A stretch of DNA of 19,920 bases, from contig CBFFRP010000270.1 of NCBI GenBank assembly GCA_965644295.1, positions 1 to 19,920 on the forward strand, given 5' to 3'. The notes beneath the pieces are model-generated. The model made no database searches and was not told the origin of the DNA. It saw only the letters and a program-made list of their open reading frames with translations. Shown here one piece after another: positions 1 to 9,647 of the stretch. The translations under genes and the position numbers were made by a program. Position 1 is the stretch's first letter. Each line of letters begins with the position of its first letter. This DNA is from Paraphysomonas bandaiensis. Taxonomy: Eukaryota > Protista > Chrysophyceae.

Positions 1-291
1 TTAGAATATGGACTGTATCCTAGTATATTCAATGTGGTACTTGAAGACAATGTACGAGAATACAGTGAAGTATGGTGATGTGTAGATGCTGTTATGATAT
101 TGAGAAAACTGAAATAGTTTGCTCTTTCAAGATATGTTTAGTAGCGAAAGGTCTACAGAAGTAGTGATTTATGCATGGCACAAAACGAGCTTGTGTTGTT
201 TAACACAATTTGTGTAAACGATATTAATAAATCTATCTAGTCTAACAACTTAATCTCTCTTTGATCTAAGTAAAATGAGCATTTCCCAACA
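1..291 (+). repeat. 5' LTR (starts 2 bp before the window)
   Basis: Matches 5164-5454 base for base by eye. It ends ...TTCCCAACA, immediately followed by TGG. Confidence 0.95.
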
Positions 292-3200
292 TGGTAGCGA
301 GCGAGGAGGAGAGAAGGAGGATAGAGGAGTAGTTCCTCAGTTCAACGAGACTAACGTTGAACAATGGATTGAGTGACTTCGAGACATTCCTTATGAGGAA
401 GGAACAAAAGCGAGGTAGCGGAGGAACTGCCACCTACGGAGAGCGACTTCGGGGAGCAGCCACTTACGTTGATGGAGGAGAAGGCGTACAGACAGGCTGT
501 GAAGAGGTATTGGAAGGCGAACGCCATAGCTTATTCTTACTGCAGGGATGCGGTGCAGCATTCCCCGAAAGCGCTGCGTAAATTCCATCTTACCCACAAA
601 GCGTTCAAGGCAGAAGGGAGTGGTGTAAACAGGTTCAAAACACATGTAATGATTGATGAGTTGAAGAAGTGTTTTGCTGGAGGGAAGCAAAATAGGATCA
701 GTGACCTCTTAACTCAATATGGTTCTTTCCGTATGCGTCCGGAGGAGACGGCGAAGGACTACGTACTACGGTTCGAACTACTGCTGAAGGAACTACAGGA
801 GCAGCAGCAGGATATCTCGGAGGTATCAAAAACAAGTCGACTACGAGAAGGCTTGCTCAATGAAGAGTATGCTCAACTGAGAGTTGGATTATACTTGATG
901 GATGATGATGTTAATTATGTAACTGTATCACGTAAGATAGAAGGCTATGATGATACTATGGCTGGGAAGGAAGCGTTGGAGAAGAAGCGTAAAAGAGTGG
1001 AGGAGCTGAACCTGATAGACAGTAAGAAACGATATCGCAGAGAGAGGGATCATCGTAAGAAGAACAACGGTAAGAAGAAGCCGATGAAGAAGGATACAGA
1101 GATTACAGGGCAGCGACCTGGAAGTGCCGAATATACTGGGTGCAGAAATTGTAAGTCAAAGGAACATCTTGCCATCGATTGTCCAGCATCGAAAAAGAAG
1201 TACTCGCAAAGCAAGAGCAAGGCTGTGAGGTTTCAAGATGGAAGGAAACCAGACAAAAGACTACTTACAGTTGAAAACATCAGGCGTGGAGAGCCAGCGG
1301 ATTTGTCTGACGAAGACGAAGCAAATATGATCGAGCAACAGGAAGAGTATCATTTGTCATGTAATGTGTATGAGACGAATATATGCAGTAGTGTGCATGA
1401 GGATATTCACTATACATACATTGATACCTGTTGTTCGTCATCAATGTTTTTGATAAATGATGTGAATATACTTGATAGTCATATGCACACATCAAAGGTT
1501 ATTAATGGTTCGAAAAAGGGTCAGAGATATGCGTCACGAGTGTAGGTTCCCGTGGAGCATGGAAGAACATTGAGGTATCAAGTCAGATAAATCGGTGTCT
1601 TTGTTCTGGACGGAAGTTGAACGATATGGGATATCGATTTACTGTATGGTATGGTATACAGATATATGACAGAAATACGGATGAGCTGGTGTTGGAGGGA
1701 CCTATGAAGAATGGAATGACTGCTGTGCCAACACAGCAGTTATTGGAGCTTCCAGACGTATCGACATCCAGTGATTCAGAAGTAAATCTCAGTGACCGTA
1801 CGGGTGAGGATGAACTGGAGCTGTTACATAGGAGAGCGGGTCATTTTAACAAGCATGCGTTGGTAGAAGCCCACAAAAGAATGCTAATTATTGGGACTGG
1901 ACTGAAACGAAAACATCTCTCGAAACGTGTTTCCAAAGAACAGTGTCTATGTGATGTATGCGCCAGGGCGAAGATCACCAGAGTAAGTTTTCGGACAAAG
2001 GATGAGGACTCCGTTCGTCCAAATTTCTCGGCCGATATAGCAGTATACTTAAATTGTCCAGCTCGAGGAGGGGAAATATATGTGCTCAAACTAACACACC
2101 ATGCCAGTCGGATGTTCTGGTCGGAAGGGCTTGTTCATAGGACTGGGTCATCGGTACTGCAGGTTTTCAAGAAGATTTTTGAAGGAGATGTGAAAAGGTA
2201 CAAATTAGAAATGCATCATTACCATGCAGATGGAGCAGGGGAGCTAATATGTGATGAGCTGCGACAATATCTTAGGTCACAGGGTTGCTATCAACATACG
2301 TGGAGCTCTACGGACTCTCCTGAGATGAACGCGATTGAGGAGCGGAAATTCAGGACCTGTGGTGAGATGACATTAGCGATGCTGATTCAGTCAGGATTGC
2401 CTTCACAGTTTTGGCTAGATGCCTACATGGCAGCCAGGTACATATTAATTCGATTGCCTACAAAGACAGCGAAGGGGTATATGTCCCCTCTTGAATTTTT
2501 GACTGGTGAGGCTCCCAACCTGAAATATCTCAGAGTATGGGGGTGTCGTGCGTATGTCCTCACTACAAAGGCGGATCGACGGAAAGACTGGGACGACAAG
2601 GCCCTTATCGGATATCTGATAGGATATTCAGATGAAAAGGTAGGATATGATGTATATCTACCTGCGACTGATAGGGTCGTCACGTCGGTACATGTATTAA
2701 CTGATGAGTCCATACCGTCACGCTCGGAGAGCTATTTCGCTGAGATAGATGCTCTTCGAGTGAAGGAGGCCGAGAGACCGAAAATTGTGTCTGACTATGC
2801 GGGCTTAGAAGGTACATATCATATTGATGATGAGGATGGTCTTCTCTACAAGACCACGAGAGTAGTAGAACGAAAGGGGGTAATAGTAGCCTATCGATCT
2901 CTGGTAACTGCAGGTCGGAAGCATATCGAGCACCGGGTGCCGATTCACGTCGAGGACGTAGTGCGAATGACTGCAGAAACTCCCGGGAATACCGGATATA
3001 TAGGAAAGGGGGACGCCCTGAGTACTATGCCAGCCAGGGTGCTGGACCAGGGAAGACCTGGAGGGTTACAGGAGAGTCCTGACCCAACCTGTCAGGAGAC
3101 AGCTGTGAGGTTGCAGACCTCTGAAGACTATGAGTCTGGGGTTGTGAGCGGGGCTCCTCCCACAACGCACGATGTGCGTGCTCAGGATGAGCAAGGTACG

Positions 3201-4987
3201 GGTTCTTATATACCTCGTCGACCGATTGAACTAGATGGTGATGGTCGGGTCCGACGCAAACGGCTGCAGCGGAGACTGGCAAACGCGTCAGTTTTAGGAG
3301 AGATTAATATGGTTGAAGTACCGGATGCGCATAATATTGATCTTAACCATGCAGAGACAGAAGATATCAAGATACCAAATTCATATGCCGAGGCAGAGAG
3401 ATCTCCACAGTATCAACAATGGAGAAAAGCTCGAATGGTGGAGAAGACATCATTGCTGAAAAGACGTGTCTTGAAGATCGTGAAAATTCCAAGCGGAGTG
3501 AAATTAGTTAGAGCGAAATATGTGCATACGGTGAAGCGAGACATACTAGGGAATATAGTAAAGTACAAGGCTCGGCTAGTGGCATTAGGAAATCTCCAAG
3601 AGAAGAAGGAGGAGGAGCCGTCCACTTTCGCTCCAGTGGTTAAGGGTATAACCATTAGACTAGTGTTAGCGATTGCGTTTATGTTACAGATGCATGTGCA
3701 TCAATTAGATGTATCATCCGCATTTTGCTATGCAGATCTGGAGGATGACGTGTATATGGCACCTCCACCAGATGAGGAATTACTAGCTGGATGGTGTTTT
3801 CAACTAATCAAGGCATTGTATGGACTGCGATCTTCACCGCGACAGTGGAATAAACATATTGACAAGTTTATTAAATCATTGCATTTTACTCCGTGTATTT
3901 TGGATACGTGTTTGTATATGCGATGGAGTAACGGAAAACTGCATTTATTATTGATATATGTTGATGATATCATAATTGCATCCGCTGATCTGACTTACTT
4001 GGAAAGCGTAAAGCGTAGGTTCTGTGAAACATTCGAGATGCATGATCTGGGAGTGTGTAAGCGATTTCTGAACATCAGGATAACCAGAGGAGAAAATTGG
4101 TATATGTTAGATCAATCTGAGTATGCTAAGAATATTATCAAGAAATTCAGCTCAGTTATGGGAAAGAGTAGTAAGAATAAGGAGGCCCCACTACCTACTA
4201 ATGTTCAGGATCTGTTGGCAGAGGAACGTGAACTTACGGAGGAGCAGAAGCAGTGGGTTGACTCATTTCCGTATCGGCAAATTATTGGAGCAGTGTTGTA
4301 TCTAGCAATGCATACTAGACCTGATCTGGCTTATGCAGTGGGGTTATTGTCTCGATTTAGTAGTTGTCCGACATATGCATCGTGCAAACTGGCGATTCAC
4401 TTATTGAAATATTTGCGTGGAACAATTGATGAGGGCATCAGATTCAGTGGGAGTGAGTTCGACTTACATGTGTTCAGTGATTCAGATTGGGCTGGTGATA
4501 GACTGACTCGGCGATCGACAACAGGATACATTGTGTTCTTATGTGCAGGCGCATTGGCCTGGCAGTCTAAACTACAGACCACAGTTGCAACTTCGAGCAT
4601 GGAATCTGAATATATGGCGGAGTATGCGGCTATGCAAGAACTGGTGTGGCTTCGGGGGTGTTCAAGGAGCTCGGGCTCTTAGTTGCGAAGCCGACTCCAT
4701 TCTTTATGGATAGCAAGAGTGCGAAAGATCTCTCCGAGAATCCTGTGTATCATAAGAGGTCGAAGCATATAGACATCAAGTATCACTGGGTGAGAGAGCA
4801 TGTAAATGGAAAATTTCCTACGGCAAAGTTGATTCATGTGTCGACGGATGATATGGCGGCTGATATTTTCACGAAGGCATTGTCAACGAAACTTTTCAGT
4901 CGTCATGAGAAAACTATTACCGGGGTTAAGAGAAGTGTGTCAACCAGAGTTGAGGAGCAGCAGAAGAAGCGACCCCGAAGAGGTTAA
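275..4987 (+). pseudogene. Copia gag-pol polyprotein (about 1570 aa when repaired), broken by 4 single-base frameshifts near 368, 406-409, 1513-1517 and 4654-4658
   Basis: N-terminal VPQFNETNVEQW; CCHC knuckle CRNCKSKEHLAIDC (1141-1182); protease YIDTCCS (about 1417-1437); integrase HHCC (LHRRAGH...CDVC) and D-D-E (SADI, HADGAGE, NAIEER); RT YKARLVA, QLDVSSAF, YVDD; RNase H SDSDWAGD, SEY, KHIDIKYH, ADIFTKAL. The shifts (+1,+1,-1,-1) return the reading to the starting frame. Confidence 0.88.
292..302 (+). promoter_or_regulatory. Primer-binding site TGGTAGCGAGC, probably for initiator tRNA-Met
   Basis: TGG directly abuts the LTR end. TGGTAGC resembles the tRNAiMet PBS of yeast Ty1 (TGGTAGCGCC). 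The tRNA identity is an inference. Confidence 0.75.
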
Positions 4988-5152
4988 AGGTGTGTTTTAG
5001 TGGGTGAGAATCCCACATAACTATATATCTAGTTGACTGCTAGTTATATATGTATCTTGATAAGATTTCACATCTATTTTACCTATGAGACTAGTTTATA
5101 GCATGAAGATCACTGTACTCATTGTTGTTTTCGTATCACTGCATTCTACATT

Positions 5153-5161
5153 GAGTGGGAG
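5153..5161 (+). promoter_or_regulatory. Polypurine tract
   Basis: GAGTGGGAG immediately precedes the 3' LTR start TATTAGAAT. Confidence 0.75.
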
Positions 5162-5454
5162 TATTAGAATATGGACTGTATCCTAGTATATTCAATGTGG
5201 TACTTGAAGACAATGTACGAGAATACAGTGAAGTATGGTGATGTGTAGATGCTGTTATGATATTGAGAAAACTGAAATAGTTTGCTCTTTCAAGATATGT
5301 TTAGTAGCGAAAGGTCTACAGAAGTAGTGATTTATGCATGGCACAAAACGAGCTTGTGTTGTTTAACACAATTTGTGTAAACGATATTAATAAATCTATC
5401 TAGTCTAACAACTTAATCTCTCTTTGATCTAAGTAAAATGAGCATTTCCCAACA
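5162..5454 (+). repeat. 3' LTR, 293 bp, TA...CA termini; presumed TSD ATGCG at 5455-5459
   Basis: Identical to 1-291 over the overlap. The start is fixed by the PPT and by the TSD-bounded solo LTR. The left TSD copy is outside the window. Confidence 0.93.
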
Positions 5455-5719
5455 ATGCGCAATAAAGAAGGACAGTGAGTGAATAATTCACATAGACGAT
5501 AGAGCCTAATCTACGTGAGTACCAGGCTTGCGGAACAACTCCTTGGTTTTATATTAGTTGGTTTAAGCACAGATAAATGCAATTATTATACTATATAGGT
5601 ATCATCGTAAGCTGTATAGTTTCTGATCATAGGTTTAGGTAATATGTACAAAACCATTATTTGTTCGCATATAAGAACTTGGAATCCAAGTCTTGGATGT
5701 ATATGCACTACGAAGTAGT

Positions 5720-5752
5720 GAATGTCTTACTATTATTAACAATAGGCGTTAA
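5720..5752 (-). repeat. Third copy of the same terminal motif (AACGCCTATTGTTAATAATAGTAAGACATTC on the minus strand)
   Basis: The reverse complement of 5720-5750 aligns with 6686-6712 and 16321-16349. Confidence 0.7.
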
Positions 5753-5870
5753 CGAGGCAATGCACTATGCACAGTTACTATGTCATTATTAATCATAATT
5801 GTGTGACAGTATAAGGGTCAGTATGTCAGTATACTTTCTGACCTCAGCACTCAAGAGTGATAACATATTA

Positions 5871-6144
5871 TATTGGAAATTGCTCATTTTAAGCTAGATC
5901 ACAGAGAGAATTTGTCGTAAGACTAGATAGATTTATTAATATCGTTTACACGAAGTTGTGATAACCAACACTAACTCATTTTAATCCATGAACCTCTCGT
6001 TACTGAACATATCGTGAAAGATCAAACTATTTCAGTTTCTCAATATCATCGCAGAATTTGTACATCACTATATTTCACTGTATTCTCGTACATTGTCTTC
6101 AAGTGACATACTGAATATACTAGAATAAGATCCATATTCTAATA
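5871..6144 (-). mobile_element. Diverged solo LTR of the same Copia family, inverted, with 5-bp TSD TATTA
   Basis: The reverse complement aligns with the LTR end to end (e.g. GACTAGATAGATTTATTAATATCGTTTACAC and TTCACTGTATTCTCGTACATTGTCTTCAAGT are shared). It is 274 bp versus 293 bp. TATTA lies at both 5866-5870 and 6145-6149. Confidence 0.92.
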
Positions 6145-6197
6145 TATTAAAGGTTGTTGGTAAAGTACAAACTGAGCACCTTCACATAATTTGTCGT

Positions 6198-6657
6198 GAT
6201 CATAGCATAAACTGAGTGTAGATGATATTCGACGGTTTCGAAAACTAATGTAGCATCGCAATTTAACTAACTAGCTAGTAACATACCCTACTATTTAGCG
6301 CTACGAAAGCTGCTTGTGCGCTACTACAAGCACTAAGGGGTAAACACTTTCGCTCAGTCGCTCAAAGCAAACGTAGTGAGCAAGCAGAATGTCGATAAAC
6401 GTGGCATCTGCTGACTTCAGGATTTTTTAGTCCTTAAGGTGAACCTTTAGCCACGTGTATCGACATTCTGCTTGCTCACTGCGTTTACTTTGAGCGACTG
6501 AGCGAAAGTGTTTACCCCTTAGTGCTTGTAGTGACGCACAAGCAGCTTTCGTAGCGCTAAATAGTAGGGTATGTTACTAGCTAGTTAGTTAAATTGCGAT
6601 GCTACATTAGTTTTCGAAGCCGTCGAATATCATCTACACTCAGTTTATGCTATGATC
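6198..6657. repeat. Long inverted repeat: about 208-bp arms (6198-6405 / 6450-6657), 44-bp spacer
   Basis: The arms are reverse complements with only a few mismatches (GATCATAGCATAAACTGAG...CTCAGTTTATGCTATGATC). Confidence 0.95.
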
Positions 6658-6712
6658 GCATTGCTACATTAGTTCTGATTCTTATACACCTATTGCTAAT
6701 AATAAGACATTC
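6450..6712 (+). mobile_element. Terminal fragment of an unclassified repeat family related to the 14686-16356 insertion
   Basis: 6517-6568 matches 16182-16233 at 45/52 nt. 6686-6712 (ACACCTATTGCTAATAATAAGACATTC) matches the insertion terminus at 16321-16349. Confidence 0.7.
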
Positions 6713-6925
6713 CCTACTACCGAATACAGAACTTTGAATATCATGTCAAATATATAGTTTAATACTACTTAATGTTCACTGAACCCTGACAATAAACAAA
6801 CACACAAGTTTAGTTTTAATTCAGTAACCTCACAAGTACTCTTGTAACATAGTATAAAAAACTAGAGCGAGTTAATTTATATCATGACATAGTCACCACT
6901 GCGTCCTACAGACATATTGACTTAA

Positions 6926-9099
6926 CTAATCTTTTCGTTCTTTCAACTGAATTTCAATCGTCTTCTTTTTTTTCGACATCGACGCGGACACAGTTTTAGT
7001 ATCACAGCAGAACTTTAACGCTAACTTCAGTACACCACCAGTTCCCTGGAGCTGCTCGTTGTTTCCCTCGTCTACTTTGTCAGGTATAGATATAATAACG
7101 CTTCTGTCAGAAACCTGGCGTGACACTACTATCACATGTACTAACAAACAGTTTTTATTGATACATACCTGTAAATCAGCTACCTTGAGTTGAGTGCGAT
7201 CAACATCACTAACCCTCAGATATATACTCCTCGAACCTTCTACATAAGAGGTAACCTACCCGCATTTCGAATCATCGTCACTTCCAATAATATTAAGTAA
7301 GTAATTCATCAACCTCGATTGTAACTGGTAAGGCAGCAGGAAGAGGGCTATCAATATGATACAACTCGGGGGAAGGCCGACTTGACTTTTCCAACGTATT
7401 TATCTGGTTCGAGTCCGGAGGTTGAAGTGCGGAAGCAGTTTGAGACCCACCTAGCACCTGATTGCAAAAGAACATCAAATTCGGCATTTACACATCAAAC
7501 AGTGCAAATTGACTTACGCCGGCTAGTTGAGAAAGCGTTGCAGACACCTCTTGATCATGCTGCCAAAAAATAATATGTGATCCACCTCATCCAAAGATTA
7601 TCTTCCCATACCTGTATTTTCTTTTTTCGATCCAGATCTGTCTGAGTGGCGAAGTCATCATCCACGCCACTGAACAGCTCATCAATTTCTTTTAGCTCTT
7701 CACTTGAAAGTGTAGATTTAGTAGCAGACACCTTTGTCTGTGACAGCATGTTCATAGTGAATTGGCAATTTATCTTGTCCACACCTGCTGAATTGAAGGT
7801 GGAGGCAGGGTGGTCTGTGGCTGTGGCATTGTTGCTGTGTCTACAACCTGGCACTTGCTCATAAACCTCGCATAAGTTCCTATCAAACTACAATTAGCAC
7901 AGATACGGTGAAATAGCGGACACACCTCCTTCAGCCGAACCAGTGCCCTCGTTGGAGCCCTCAGGATAGAGTTCAACGTTTTTAGCTGCAGCATCGTTGA
8001 GGAATCCTTTCTTAATTGCTGGCTTCTTCTGTTGAGCAGAAAGAGCACATAACGACATTGATGCATAAGAATTGATACAAAACTACCTTAGATGGCTGCT
8101 TACGTGTCCTGGTTGCCGATTGTGTTGGTTCATTAACCTCTTCAACGACAGATTTCTTTGACACATTTGTTGGCTGATGCGAATACAGTCATTCCTACAC
8201 CATATCAATCGTAACAAAACTAACCATACGCAGTTCAACATCAGCTGAAGGTTCTTTCTGCTCTCTAGACTGCTTTAGTGAGTTCAGTAGTGCTTTGCTG
8301 TCATCTGTAGTGTCAGATCGTGGGTCTGCTTCCTGTTTGGAAAGAATCTCATCTACAGATAGCAGCACGGGAGTACTCTTGTCTTCCCCTCTTCCACCCA
8401 CGTATGACTTACCAGAAACCCTTTCATACCTTGGATTGAATAGTATTTTCGACTCCTTACCAACCCATTCTAAGGCTAGATCAATCACCTGGGAGCAGAA
8501 AACTCTGTGACTGTCGCAACGAGCTATCAACACAGGGTGGAGGACTACATCAACTGCAATAGTGCCTTCGTCAACATTTCTCGCTGGACCTACCACAAGT
8601 GGAATTTCCATTCCATCTGCTGATATGCGTTCGTCTAGTGCTGGGCGACCGTTTCGATCTTTGGGTGGTTCGATAGCTTCATGTGAGCAGAAATTAATAT
8701 ATAAGTCTTTCCCTTGTTTAGATCCGAAGTCTCTGACTTTGATTCCATCATTACCAGTTGTAATACACTTAATACAAAAGCCAGATTTCGGGCGAAACAT
8801 CTTGCCACCTTCTTCCTTTCCTGAATCCTCTGTTTGTTTACCCTTTTTCAACTGTTCTGCGATAAACTGCTCGTATTCATGGGGTCTCTCCACAGACATA
8901 GAGTTAAGCATATTCCACATATCTTCAGCCTGGGCAATAAAGTGCATAGTCCACAGTCAGTCACATTTATGGCATTATGCTCAGAGCTGTTTACCTCAGC
9001 CTCTAGACCCTTCAGATCCAAGCCCATTTGTTTTGCAAACTTTTTTGCTTCCGGAGGCAATCCTTTGGGAAGCTGCTGCTCCTTGGCAGGGCGAGACAT
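6926..9099 (-). CDS. PIH1D2: PIH1 domain-containing protein, PIH1D2-like (R2TP-like co-chaperone / dynein-assembly factor family), about 560 aa, 10 exons: 9099-8995, 8929-8225, 8173-8087, 8028-7926, 7879-7785, 7737-7612, 7559-7518, 7457-7314, 7255-7169, 7114-6926
   Basis: MWNMLNSMSVERPHEYEQFIAEQLKKGKQ resembles the PIH1D2 N-terminus (FWNLLDDLAQSDPEGYEKFIQQQLKEGKQ, recalled). PIH1-domain motifs are PKSGFCIK, LYINFC, IPLVVG, VDVVLHP and VIDLAL. The C-terminus is CS-like (ASMSKKKKTIEIQL). Nine GT-AG introns of 46-65 nt join into one open frame. The start could alternatively be the ATG at 9120. Confidence 0.82.
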
Positions 9100-9647
9100 T
9101 TGTTTAATAGTTGAATTCATTATACGGTCAGTAATTAAAGACTCTTTATGAATGAAATCACTTAACAACTGAAGGAAGAAGAACTGTTATATAACAGAGA
9201 GACACACACTGCTGCTACTGTGACATACTCACATACACACACTGCGGCTCTATGTACTGCAGTATGTACACAGATGTATCTATACGTACGAGTGTGCAGC
9301 AGTACTGCATCCAGAAAAAGACTTTTTCACACCGAAATCGAAAAAGGTAGGAATTTCCTTTGAAAACGGGGAAATTGATAACACACAAAGTTAATCTGCT
9401 GCTGTCGCATCAACAAACACGTGTACGAGTGTACGAGTGCAGCAGTATATACAGCAGTACAGTACACAGATATCATACTGCATACCGTATACCGAGCTCC
9501 AGCTGTTCCAGGAAGTGTTCAGGAATATGAGGAATCTTGGAAACGTGGACATGATCACTGGACTAATGAAATCAATACCTCATCACAATTTACAATATAT
9601 TCTAAAGCACAAAATCAAAGACACTCAAACCCACAACACTCTCAATA
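9100..9647. promoter_or_regulatory. Putative bidirectional promoter between the head-to-head PIH1D2-like and YbjN-like genes
   Basis: The divergent ATGs are about 550 bp apart. The region has repeated TACGAGTG and GCAGTA motifs. Function is inferred from geometry only. Confidence 0.5.

Larger units (their letters stand above)
1..5454 (+). mobile_element. Full-length Ty1/Copia LTR retrotransposon (first 2 bp of the 5' LTR lie outside the window)
   Basis: Direct repeats at 1-291 and 5164-5454 look identical. There is a PBS after the 5' LTR and a PPT before the 3' LTR. The domain order gag-PR-INT-RT-RNaseH is diagnostic of Copia. Confidence 0.97.

Noticed and set aside
1500-1620. Programmed gag/pol frameshift between ORFs 469-1545 and 1617-4682
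   Set aside because: The break falls inside the protease domain at an A5 run with no canonical slippery heptamer. Three other similar indels exist, so error or decay is more parsimonious.
5706-5720. Hairpin CACTAC-GAA-GTAGTG as a Helitron 3' end
   Set aside because: There is no CTRR terminus at the expected distance on either strand.
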